This document shows, piece by piece, positions 13,889 through 25,046 of a stretch of DNA of 64,000 nt. The notes beneath the pieces were generated by a model, which was given only the letters and a program-made list of their open reading frames with translations, had not been told where the DNA came from and did not search any database. The first letter of the stretch is position 1. Every line of letters starts with the position of its first letter. Source of the DNA: Balanoglossus misakiensis (lineage: Eukaryota > Animalia > Hemichordata); contig CM082591.2 of NCBI GenBank assembly GCA_040954595.2, forward strand, positions 9,315,209 to 9,379,208, given 5' to 3'. The position numbers and the translations under genes were made by a program.

Positions 13889-14065
13889 AGACCCTTTCTT
13901 CGAAGATGCATGCTGAGCATTCTCTGCTGTGTTATTCTCACCAATTACGCTGATGCATTTCCGGATTATATTCCGTCCTCGCATGGATCCATCGCTCTTG
14001 TTGTACCTGTTTCAAGTGTACCATGTGAAAGGGGTTTCAGTACGCCATGTGAAAGGGGTTTCAGA
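13889..14065 (+). pseudogene. hAT transposase C-terminal dimerisation-domain fragment
   Basis: Translates NYADAFPDY...IALVVPVSSVPCERGFS, matching the hAT dimerisation motif. The CCATGTGAAAGGGGTTTCAG segment is locally duplicated. Confidence 0.7.
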
Positions 14066-14110
14066 ACCGTATCATGTGTGCGAAACGTAGTCGTCTATCT
14101 GACCGTCGCG

Positions 14111-14174
14111 TAGCCCTGCGTACATGTCTGGGTGTTCCCGGCGTTGCGAGCACACAGACCTGTACGCAGGGCTA
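14111..14174. mobile_element. 64-bp palindromic mini-element
   Basis: TAGCCCTGCGTACA...TGTACGCAGGGCTA, ~24-bp imperfect TIRs, flanked by CG on both sides. Confidence 0.5.
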
Positions 14175-14445
14175 CGTGGCGTTGCTAATCTAATGCTGAT
14201 AAGCCATTCACATGATTCATGGTCCAGCAATGCCCTGGGAGCGCTGCGAGATTTCTATATTGACCAGACTGTGGCCATTTGCAATGTAAAGCCGCGAAAA
14301 AAATGAATAGTAATCAAACTAAACTCTTTGATGTTATACCCATTTAATATCAAATCTTGTCTGTTCTGAGTTTACCATTCAAAGTGTTAGACAGCACTGT
14401 CATTGATACAGTAGTTATAATTTTGGTTATTTTTTTAATTTTCAG

Positions 14446-16871
14446 AAAACTTCATGACTTGTGGCAGTGCATCCATGAAGTTGAAGAAAGAAATTTTGAG
14501 AATATGGATACAGATGATCCAGGTGATTTTTCTTTTGGTGATTTTTGTTCTTTTGACAATAATAACAATGAACAATCGTCCGAAGAAGAATCCGACAACA
14601 TGGGTGAATTAAAAGGTCTACAAGATACCGATGCATTTATATATGAAGGTGCTCAAATTAATCTAGCTACAAGCATGCTTCTTGTACATACATTTGTGCA
14701 GAAACATTGCCTCACTTCTGAGGGTACCTCTGAATTGCTACAGCTTTTGCAACTTCATTGTAAAACTGGAAACTGTTTACCTAAGACACTGTATTCCTAT
14801 AAGAAATTTTTTAGTGATATGCAGCAGCCAATGATTTATCACAAGTATTGTTCATATTGTTTACTTGGCGTTCAGACACCTGACAGTGTTAATGATAAAT
14901 GTCAATATGCAGTCTGTGGGAAAAGTTTGAACGGTGAAGGAGGTATTTCGGGGTTTGTTGAGATCCCAATAAAAACTCAGCTTCAGTCACTTTTCAATCG
15001 GCCAGATTTTGCTGAACGTTTGCAGTGTAGATTTAAATGGGTCAAACATCAGGCAGGAGCTATTAAAGACATTGATGATGGCAAACTTTATTCAACTTTA
15101 GTTAATGAAGCCATTGTGAAAACAGAATATGATTTAACCTTTATTTTCAATACAGATGGGGCGTCACCCTTTCGAAGCTCAAAAACCAGTTTATGGCCAA
15201 TTTATCTTATGATCAATGAATTAACATATTCAGAGAGAAAACGACCTGAAAACATGATCCTGGCAGGTTTATGGTTTGGCAAAAACAAACCAAAATGTCC
15301 CTGTTTTTGCGTCCCACAATTGCATCACTCAAGCATTTGGAACAAGGTGTAAAATTGAACATCCCAGGTAAGGAAGAGCAGGTGGAGTGTAAGGGGATAT
15401 TGTTGGCCACAGTTACAGATTTACCAGCCAGGGCATGCATTTGCTCCATGAACAAGTATAATGGTGAGTCATCCTGTATTAAATGCCAGCAAACAGGAAA
15501 AGTGGTGAAGGTCGGATAGGGTCAACAAGGGTCTTTCCCCCGTGTATGGACAATTTGGATGGGTCTGCCAGAATTGATGAATCAGTGCAAAATGATTCTG
15601 TAGATGTGGTTCAATTAAACAAACCTGTCAATGGCATAAAGGGTCCATCATGGTTGTCACATTTGTCATCTTTCAGTTTTGTTCGTGGAAATGTGATTGA
15701 CTACCTCCATGGTGTATGTCTTGATGTGACTAAACTTTTGCATTCACTCTGGTTTTCTACTGCACACACAAATGAAATATTTAGTATTTCAGACAGATTT
15801 GATCTTGTCAATAAACGACTTCTTGACATATCACCACCTGATTACATGTCTTGGCTCCCCAGGTCAATGGATGACTCCAAATACTGGAAAGCATCCGAGT
15901 GGAGGAATTGGCTGTTATTCTTTGGTCCAGCTATTCTGAGAGACATATTGATGCCAGAATACTATGCACATTTTATGTTATTTTGTGAGGCCATTTTTTT
16001 GCTGTTGAAAGAGTCCATACTGAAAGAGGATATTTCACGCAGTAGGGCACTTCTAGCTCAGTTTGTTGCCATGTTTCCGGTCATGTACAAGGAAAGTGCA
16101 ATGACTCTCAATGTTCATCAGCTGATCCACCTTCCTGATGATGTTCTGTATGTTAGTCCATTGTGGTGTTGCTTTCCATTTGAAGATGCAAATGGATTTT
16201 TGTTGAAGTTGTTCAATGGCACACAACATATTGAGAAGCAGATAGTACATGCTGTGGCAGTCATACAGAAGGTTCCTGAGCTTGTACAATCCACTGACAA
16301 GGACAATGTGGCATATAAATTATACTGCAGACTATCCAAAAAAAAAAATCCAAAACACCAAGGCCATTTGCTTGAAAATCAAATATATCTAATAGGATCG
16401 TCAAAACTGGAAAAAGAAATACCTCCTCCATACTTGGGTGCAATCAGACGAAAATGTGTGTACCAGATTGCAAAAATAATCTCTTTCAAACGAATTAAAT
16501 TAAAGGGGGTAATATTTTTTTCTCAAGCATACTCACGCATGCACTTGAGAAACAGTTATACAGTTGAATTTATGCAATCTCACTCAGTAATGTATGGTTT
16601 CATTGAACTTTTCCTTCAAGTGAAGCCAATGTGTCAGTGTGTAGGTACCTGTTCCTGTTTGACTGAAAATTTTGCTAGGGTGCATCATTTGCCAGTGGTA
16701 CAGAACCACACAAGTGCTGTTTCGTATATGAAGAGAGTGAGCCAAATCACTCCAGGCAGAATAATTGCTGTGAATCTAAATGATATCAAGAGAAAATGTG
16801 TCTTTGTACATGTTAATGATTCAGATTTAGATTTTGTGTGTACAGTGCCAAATACTTTGGAGAAAGATTAG
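14446..16871 (+). pseudogene. CACTA/EnSpm (CMC) Tnp2-family transposase, two frameshifts
   Basis: Three overlapping ORFs give FNTDGASPFRSSKTSLWPIYLMINEL, ENMILAGLWFG, TDLPARA..NGESSCIKC, IDYLHGVCL, YWKASEWRNWLLF, LNVHQLIHL and FPFEDANG. A splice acceptor TTTTTTAATTTTCAG ends at 14445. Confidence 0.9.
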
Positions 16872-17489
16872 ATTTTAATATAGGATTATTTCACAAAATA
16901 CGGCCATGTACCGGTATGGACTCTGTATGTGGGGTATTGGACTTGCCTACATTAAAGCTTCTCCAACACACTACATACACGGAGTCCTCATTCATAACCT
17001 TATATTACATCTGACTTGATACAATTGTTTTTGCCAGAATTCAGAGTACAATATTGTTTGACTTGTATACTTACATTCATGATAATGTATAATGTATATT
17101 TTGAATGAGTCTGTCACAATTTTCAGTCAGGAGTTCCTGTTTGTAGTATTGTTGATACATTGTACTTGGTGAGACATTATAGACTGCCATTTAATTGAAT
17201 ATGTGATTAATAAATAAATCAATTGAATTGAAAAATTGTTTTACTTGTCATCTTTTCATATAGCTGTGCATGCCCACCGAGTATGCCTGCAGTGCCCTAT
17301 ATTTTATATAAATACAAACCCATGCTCTCAACAATACATGTAATCTAAATTAATCACTCTTCTTTTTCTACTTATGTGAATTCCATAAGAAAAAAACATT
17401 ATATTCATTAGTCTCATGCAATGCATCATATGAAAAAGACTCTGATTAGAAATAGTTTGAAGACTTTGAACAAATATTTTTTTTTTATC

Positions 17490-17832
17490 AGAATCTTATA
17501 AGAATTTTATTTACTTATAAGAATCCTATAAGAATTGTGTTTGCTTAGTATTATGTCAGATGTTTGAGCATTGAAAATTTTTACACAATTTTTTTTTCAG
17601 ATTCTTATAAGAATCAAATTTTCTTATAAGAATCTAATAAGTTTTGTTAAAAATCTGAACTGAACTTAGAATGTTATAAGAAGTCAACTGATGAATTCTT
17701 ATACATTTCTCATATGATTCCTTTTAATTTCTTATATGATTCCTTTTCTTATAAGTATCTTATATGAATCTTATAAACTTATAAGAATCTTATAAGATTC
17801 TTATAAGATCTTATAAGAAGAAACCGTACGGG
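17490..17832. repeat. Right terminus of the CACTA element: subterminal TTCTTATAAGAA palindromic repeats ending ...AAACCGTACGGG (second copy ends 20483)
   Basis: Dense CTTATAAG motifs end abruptly in GGG (5'-CCC terminus on the minus strand), downstream of the transposase. Confidence 0.7.
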
Positions 17833-18421
17833 TGACATACTAATTGAAAGCATTCAACACCCTACGAGGATTCGTGCTATCCTTGTTAGTCTCAGCCAGG
17901 CGAAGTCCGGAAATGAGGACTTATAGATTGGGCTCTGCCAGTGCGTGCATCCGTGCATGTGTCGTTTCACCGACATGCCTGGGTCGATTTTTTTCAAACT
18001 TGACACAGGTATGCAACATGTCGCTAAAACGATGAAGTAGAGGTAAATGAAGGAAAGCAGCGTATCACCAGATCAGATTGTAATCAGATTGATGAGTATC
18101 CTGATGCAGGGAATGATTAGACAACACAACATACTGTGTTCTGTGCCGACTATACTCTTTATTTGTGTCTGACTGACTTTTCGATGGGAGTAAAAGATGT
18201 ACAGTTTATGTAAGAAAGTATAAAATGAGAAAAATCCTTTCAATAGAAACAGTGGTGAAAAGAAAGATTAATATCATACTAAAATATTGGCAGCATTTAT
18301 CGTAATGAGAATGATTTGTCAGTTTTGTAAATGCAAATGTTTCCACTTCTATTCAATCAAGTATTGTATAAGTAAGATTAGCATTCTTGATAAATATGTT
18401 ATTCCTTTTTTTTCATTTTAG

Positions 18422-18624
18422 TAACGCAAGACAATCCCTATAAAGTAACGCCATCACTGTCATTCTTGACCCCCTGGATAGCTCCATGCTCCAGAGGAAG
18501 CCAAATTTACAACACAGAATACAAGAAGTGCCCTGGGCCCTCAACATCTACACATGAGGAAGACTTGGATGATGAGAAAGAACTGACAGAAGAGCTGTTG
18601 CTAGAGTTGCTCTGTGAATCAAAG
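18422..18624 (+). pseudogene. Isolated exon resembling KDZ/HMGXB3-like transposase-derived proteins (second copy 21073-21275)
   Basis: AG/GT-bounded open exon TQDNPYKVTPSLSFLTPWIAPCSRGSQIYNTEYKK...ELTEELLLELLCESK. The PWI-x-x-x-x-R...NTE-x-x-K pattern is recalled from HMGXB3-like proteins and has not been verified. Confidence 0.4.
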
Positions 18625-18876
18625 GTATCACATTGAAGTGAAAGAATTGCCATAGTTCAGTGTTTTCATTGCACTTGATTTCTTTTAATGTACACATGCC
18701 TCAGGCCTAAAAAGCATGAGTTTAATTTTATTTTTGATTTCTGTATCCATCTACCGGTATGTCTCTCTGTCACCATCACTGCTTTGCTCCACCACTGTAC
18801 TGTTAGCACGCTGAATTAAGTCAATCTGGAGTAAAAATGGATGATATCGTGATAATAGTACTTACTTACGCGTTAA

Positions 18877-19062
18877 AGGTATACAGTCACCTACAATTTA
18901 TATACGCCCATATATGGCTGAAATTGCCTTTTTGAGGGTTCTAAAGAATGTATGGTGGCGCTCTTTTTTCTGCGTGTGCCACCCACTGAAAATCTGTGAT
19001 TGGCTAGATCTCAAGTTTACCATAGTAACTTTAGCTAAATTTCCATAGGTGACCGTATACCT
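18877..19062. mobile_element. Kolobok-type MITE (further copies 26238-26423 and 28765-28950, produced by the duplications)
   Basis: TIRs AGGTATACAGTCACCT...AGGTGACCGTATACCT flanked by TTAA on both sides. Confidence 0.75.
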
Positions 19063-19574
19063 TTAATAGGACCATAACCCTAAACATAAGCACACTAATG
19101 GTAACAATATGAGTCTCCCTGAAGGGCTGTGCATCTATTAATTCCTACATTTAATTCACAAATCATTTTGTTCAACAATATATGGGCCTTTCTATCTATG
19201 TCATGCCCTGGAGAGACTCTATTTTATGAATGAGCACTTACCTGTTCACTAAAATTTGAACAGACCGGTGTTATTCAAAAGTTTGCAAAATAACAATGTA
19301 CTTCTCAACTCAATTAATTTCTCATCGGCTAGCCAGTAAATGATACTGCTTTTAGCTGTTTCAACAGGATTAAGGAATGGACAGTAATGCAAATGTTCAA
19401 TATAATTTATGAATAAACTGAAATGTGTATTAACTTATGTTCTTGTTCTGCTACCTCAAGAATGCTGTCTGTTCACAGTAAGTAGTGTTGTTATATTAGT
19501 GTAAACTTAGATTTTGCTTTTAAAACAAATGCACTTGAGAGTAGGACAGTCTCCATGATTTCCAAGATCCAACC

Positions 19575-20258
19575 GATGCAAATGATACTTTTTGGGCAAA
19601 AACTTGCCAAAAAGGCACTTTTATCTTGAACACATCAATAACACTGCCTTTTGGGATTTTTTTCACATAGAGTGGGCGTATAATACATTATCAGATCTCC
19701 GAAAGTGAAGAAAATATAAACGATTTGAGTGCTTCTAGAAATGACGTTTTTGGACAAAAAGTGTCAAAAATGGCAATTTTGTCTTGAGTATGGTTATTAA
19801 GACTGCCATTTCTGGAATCAGCACCATTTTTTACATAGAATGAACATTTCATATATCACATGATCTCTAAACTTTATGAAGAAAAGTTTGTTTTTATTTT
19901 TTTTTCTAATAATGGCCTTTTAGCCAAAAACTTGCAAAAAAGCCATTTTTGCATTATGCAGGGTCAATAAATCTGCTTTTTTGGAATAGTCGCCAAATTT
20001 GGCATAGGGTGAGCATATACATGTAATACATTATCAGATCTCCGAAAGTGAAGAAAACATATAAGTTTTGAGTGTTTTCTAAAAAGGACGTTGTGGGGCA
20101 AAAAGTGGCAAAAATGGCATTTTTTCATTGAGTAGGGTCAATAAGATTGCTATTTCTGGAATCGGCACCATTTTGTTTACATAGAATGAATATTTTATAT
20201 ATCAAATGATATCTGAATATGAAGTTTTTTTGTAAAAATGACCTTTTTTGACCTCAAA
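19575..20258. repeat. Diverged fragment of the foldback element's ~168-bp subrepeat array (longer copies ~26940-28092 and ~29465-30622)
   Basis: Shares AAAATGGCAATTTTGTCTTG and GGAATCAGCACCATTTTTTACATAGAATG with the 12407-13888 arm; the longer copies also share GGCACCTATCTCCTAG. Confidence 0.75.
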
Positions 20259-21575
20259 TTTTCTTATAAGAATCTAATAAGTTTTGTTAAAAATCTGTAC
20301 TGAACTTAGAATGTTATAAGAAGTCAACTGATGAATTCTTATACATTTCTCATATGATTCCTTTTAATTTCTTATATGATTCCTTTTCTTATAAGTATCT
20401 TATATGAATCTTATAAACTTATAAGAATCTTATAAGAATCTTATAAGATTCTTATAAGATCTTATAAGAAGAAACCGTACGGGTGACATACTAATTGAAA
20501 GCATTCAACACCCTACGAGGATTCGTGCTATCCTTGTTAGTCTCAGCCAGGTGAAGTCCGGAAATGGGGACTTATAGATTGGGCTCTGCCAGTGCGTGCA
20601 TCCGTGCACGTGTCGTTTCACCGACATGCCTGGGTCGATTTTTTTCAAACTTGACACAGGTATGCAACATGTCGCTAAAACGATGAAGTAGAGGTAAATG
20701 AAGGAAAGCAGCGTATCACCAGATCAGATTGTAATCAGATTGATGAGTAGGGTGATGTAGGGAATGATTAGACAACACAACATACTGTGTTCTGTGCCGA
20801 CTATACTCTTTATTTGTGTCTGACTGACTTTTCGATGGGAGTAAAACATGTACAGTTTATGTAAGAAAGTATAAAATGAGAAAAATCCTTTCAATAGAAA
20901 CAGTGGTGAAAAGAAAGACAAATATCATACTAAAATATTGGCAGCATTTATCGTAATGAGAATGATTTGTCAGTTTTGTAAATGCAAATGTTTCCACTTC
21001 TATTCAATCAAGTATTGTATAAGTAAGATTAGCATTCTTGATAAATATGTTATTCCTTTTTTTTCATTTTAGTAACGCAAGACAATCCCTATAAAGTAAC
21101 GCCATCACTGTCATTCTGGTCCCCCTGGATAGCTGCATGCTCCAGAGGAAGCCAAATTTACAACACAGAATACAAGAAGTGCCCTGGGCCCTCCACATCT
21201 ACACATGAGGAAGACTTGGATGATGAGAAAGAACTGACAGAAGAGCTGTTGCTAGAGTTGCTCTGTGAATCAAAGGTATCACATTGAAGTGAAAGAATTG
21301 CCATAGTTCAGTGTTTTCATTGCACTTGATTTCTTTTAATGTACACATGCCTCAGGCCTAAAAAGCATGAGTTTAATTTTATTTTTGATTTCTGTATCCA
21401 TCTACCGGTATGTCTCTCTGTCACCATCACTGCTTTGCTCCACCACTGTACTGTTAGCACGCTGAATTAAGTAGAGTAAGTATTTATTGCATTACAAGGC
21501 CTCCGGCCCATATACAGTATAGTTCTCAGCATAAAGATTGGTGAGGTAATACATGTAGCTCTTAAAGATGCTAAT

Positions 21576-24500
21576 TTACAGAGAATGATTTCTTTTGATA
21601 AATGCATAATGGACGTATTTACATAAATTGATTAATAAATCAGGTTGAGTAGATTGCAAAAGTCTATGAAATTTAACATGGTTGGTATCGTTATAGAAAT
21701 AAAGGGGAATGTATTTTTGTCTTAGCTCTTTGTAAAATGGACAAATCAGCAGAAAATGAAATTCGTCTTCTAGAAGTCTGAGGTTACATAATAGGCAAAG
21801 TCTATCTGTTAAATCAATGTTGTGGTGTCTCCCTATTTCAATACCCAGTTGCATCACGGAGCATCGAAAACGGGCAAAAGCTCTTATGTACTTGGTGTTA
21901 CAATTTAATGAAAGGTATTTCTCAGGTTCTAATAAGCTCTTGAAACAAGCATAAGTGCGTAGTTTGGGTTTTTGGGTGATACCGTATTTCCACTGTTGTT
22001 TACAGATATCCGAAACTCGGGCAGTAAATTCAGAAATAAATAAATGTCTGTCGCCTACTTCCTGGAACAGCCAGGCATATCCAAAACCATAGGAAAATAA
22101 AATGTTTTTCAAAGACGTTGCCCAAGTCTGTCTGCCCATCTCATCCAGCCTAGTCAACATAAGATAAGCTTGTTTCGGCAGACGATCTCTACTCATTTCT
22201 AAAAGCTTTAACCAGTAGTTTACACACCGTTTCATTGTTGTTACAAAAATGGGCAATCGCCCACATTCCCCAATAACAGCTTCACTGGCGGTATTACTTG
22301 GCACTCCCAGAAGCTTGATACACCATTTTCTATGCACCCTTTCAAGAACATCAAAGTATTGAAAACCCCAGATTTCTGCACCATAGCAAAGTATAGGGAG
22401 TACCATGGAATCGAAAAGTTTAAAATGACAACTCACTGGGAAATTTCCAACTTTATAAGATGCTACAGATATTATTGTCATAGCTTTGTTACCCTGATCT
22501 GCAAGATTTGACACAGCTTTTGACCATGAATTTCGTGTAGATAATAGTAAACCCAAGTACTTGTAGTAGGAGACAACTTCTATTTTTGAAGTGCCAATGA
22601 ACCAATTTTCAAAACGGGATTTATGGCCTCCTTTTCGGAAGATGACAATTTTTGTTTTGGCAAGATTTACTTCCATATGCCATTTTCTACAGAATTGAGA
22701 GAGGACGTCTATTAGATTTTGTAGGTTTCTGACTGAGTCTGCAAACAATACAATGTCATCTGCATAAAGTAGACAAAATAAATCGTACATTTCTTGCGTT
22801 AACTGTATACCCATCTGACTCGTATTCATCAACATACAATTAAGTTCTTCAATAAAGAAAGAAAATAACAGTGGACTTAAAACACAACCTTGACGAACGC
22901 CATTTGGGCATTCAAAAGTATTCGACAAAGTATTTCCAGATCTTACGCAAGCCTTAACATTGCTATACATAGAGTAGAGTATCTGATACATTTTCCCGTT
23001 AAGACCTAGAGACAACAACCTGTACATCAGCAAGGAATGATTAATACGATCAAACGCTTTAGAGAAGTCCACGAAAAGACAATAAAATTTCCCCCGTCTG
23101 ACACTCAAATATTTTTGAATTATAGCGTGCAGTACGAATATATTATCTACCGTACTATGGCCTTTACGGAATCCTGCTTGACAATCAGATAAGTTGTTCA
23201 TTGAATCAGACCACTGTGTAAGTCTAGTGTTCAGTATAGAAGTAAATACTTTGCCGAGAACATTTAACAAGGAGATACCTCTATAATTGTTCACGTCTTG
23301 TCTGGAGCCCTTCTTAAAAAGGGGAATGACAATAGCACTAGCCCATTCGGTGGGGAAATTTCCAGAATCAAAAACGTAATTCAAAAGCTCAACCAGAAGA
23401 GGCAAAATCACATTAGCTGAGTATTTATAAAATTCACATGGTATCCCATCTGGACCAGATGATTTCCCGTGTTTTAAACGGTAAAGACTTTTAATAATCT
23501 CATTTTCTGTGATCGGTGAATTGATCATGCTATCAGAATCCATGTCAGTATTGTCTGAAGGAACATGATTGTCCAATATTTCGTTAACAGACCGAAAAAA
23601 ATCCAGGTCGATCTGAGTGTCCTCTTCTGCATTGCAATGGAAACCTGTGTACAAATCTCGAAAATATTCGTACCACGTATCTATGTCAATATCATTGCGC
23701 ATGGAACCTTTCCGATTTACAATTGTCTTGAGCACATTCCAGAAGTCCTTAGCTCCCTTGGAAGAGGCTTCCATTAATTTTGTTTTTATCGATCGTTGAT
23801 AGTCATATTTACTGTCACGACAAGCCTGTTTGAAGTTCCTCTTCGCCGTTTTATAAATCTCGAGATTTACACTCGTTGTATTACGCCGGAAAAGTGAAAG
23901 CTTCTCATACATCGACGACTTTGCGGTCTTACATGTCTTTCCGAACCATGGAGGCTGATTATCAGAGACCCGGGAGATACCGGCAGTAAAACAATTGCGA
24001 CCAGCTGTTTGAAGTGCTTTGTTCAATGATGAGATCGCCAGACTGACGTTTGGCAGAGAACAGGAGGCATCTTCCAAGTGCTTTTGTACAACGGGTGAAG
24101 ACAGATTTTGAATGAAACTATTTTTACTTTGTTCCGACCATCGGTACCGTCCTTTTGTTCTTGCGCTGGAATGTGACATCTGTGCATGTCCTTGTGAATT
24201 TGCATCTGAATGCACACTACGCAGATGGCAGACAAGTGGGAAGTGATCTGATTCGGTCCTTTCAAGCACATTGAAATACACGATCGAATCAAATAGCTCA
24301 GTGGAGGCAATACAGTAATCAATGACACTAGCACCGTTTGCTGCTACACAAGTGACATTCCCGTTTTTGTCATTTGACAATCTGCCATTCAAAATATGCA
24401 CATCGAATCGTTTACAAATCTCAAGCAGCGCTCTGCCACCTTCATTAACAATACAATCTTTTGAGATGCGAAGACAATGGAAACAGTCTGAAACATACTC

Positions 24501-25046
24501 AGTATTTTCCAATGGCAAATATTTCGTTGAGTCATCGGGAATAAAATCCAATTCTGTGCCCGTCCTTGCATTAAAATCTCCAGCAAGTAACAATACAGAG
24601 TGTGGGTAGAGACTTTGTAGGTTAATTAAATAATTACCAAGCTCTTCGATTGTAACAACAGCATTTTGGGGTCTTATATAACAGCATATAAGGATCACGT
24701 CTTTCTCAAAAGGAAAGAGAGATTTGTCAAAAGACAACGAAATACAATTCTCAAAATTACTTTGAAGTTTACGAACATAACACGAAATATTTTTTCGAAC
24801 ATACACCGAGACTCCGCCACTTGGCCGGCCTCTCTGACTACGTCTTATGGCAGGATACGAAAAAATCTTATAATGATCCAGGAATTTGACAGAGTCTTCC
24901 GTGAGACAGAACGTTTCAACAAAACAGCAAACATCATAGCGATTGCACATAGAAATGAAGTCAGGGTTTGATAATTTGTTTTTCAGTCCTCTGATGTTCC
25001 AACTTAGAAATGACAGTTCTGAGTATATTGGGCCTCGGCCGCTTTC
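21576..25046 (-). CDS. LINE ORF2: AP endonuclease + reverse transcriptase + C-terminal Cys/His motif
   Basis: EN motifs FLSWNIRGL (upstream of the first ATG at 24950), VETF, GGVSVYV, GDFNAR, SVIDY, SDHFP. RT motifs KSSGPDG, NYRGISLL, QAGFRKG, FVDFSKAFD, GVRQGCVLSP, LLYADD, YKYLG. C-terminal RLCLLC...EDEFHFLLICP. Confidence 0.95.
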   Translation of the reverse strand, partial: ESGRGPIYSELSFLSWNIRGLKNKLSNPDFISMCNRYDVCCFVETFCLTEDSVKFLDHYKIFSYPAIRRSQRGRPSGGVSVYVRKNISCYVRKLQSNFENCISLSFDKSLFPFEKDVILICCYIRPQNAVVTIEELGNYLINLQSLYPHSVLLLAGDFNARTGTELDFIPDDSTKYLPLENTEYVSDCFHCLRISKDCIVNEGGRALLEICKRFDVHILNGRLSNDKNGNVTCVAANGASVIDYCIASTELFDSIVYFNVLERTESDHFPLVCHLRSVHSDANSQGHAQMSHSSARTKGRYRWSEQSKNSFIQNLSSPVVQKHLEDASCSLPNVSLAISSLNKALQTAGRNCFTAGISRVSDNQPPWFGKTCKTAKSSMYEKLSLFRRNTTSVNLEIYKTAKRNFKQACRDSKYDYQRSIKTKLMEASSKGAKDFWNVLKTIVNRKGSMRNDIDIDTWYEYFRDLYTGFHCNAEEDTQIDLDFFRSVNEILDNHVPSDNTDMDSDSMINSPITENEIIKSLYRLKHGKSSGPDGIPCEFYKYSANVILPLLVELLNYVFDSGNFPTEWASAIVIPLFKKGSRQDVNNYRGISLLNVLGKVFTSILNTRLTQWSDSMNNLSDCQAGFRKGHSTVDNIFVLHAIIQKYLSVRRGKFYCLFVDFSKAFDRINHSLLMYRLLSLGLNGKMYQILYSMYSNVKACVRSGNTLSNTFECPNGVRQGCVLSPLLFSFFIEELNCMLMNTSQMGIQLTQEMYDLFCLLYADDIVLFADSVRNLQNLIDVLSQFCRKWHMEVNLAKTKIVIFRKGGHKSRFENWFIGTSKIEVVSYYKYLGLLLSTRNSWSKAVSNLADQGNKAMTIISVASYKVGNFPVSCHFKLFDSMVLPILCYGAEIWGFQYFDVLERVHRKWCIKLLGVPSNTASEAVIGECGRLPIFVTTMKRCVNYWLKLLEMSRDRLPKQAYLMLTRLDEMGRQTWATSLKNILFSYGFGYAWLFQEVGDRHLFISEFTARVSDICKQQWKYGITQKPKLRTYACFKSLLEPEKYLSLNCNTKYIRAFARFRCSVMQLGIEIGRHHNIDLTDRLCLLCNLRLLEDEFHFLLICPFYKELRQKYIPLYFYNDTNHVKFHRLLQSTQPDLLINLCKYVHYAFIKRNHSL

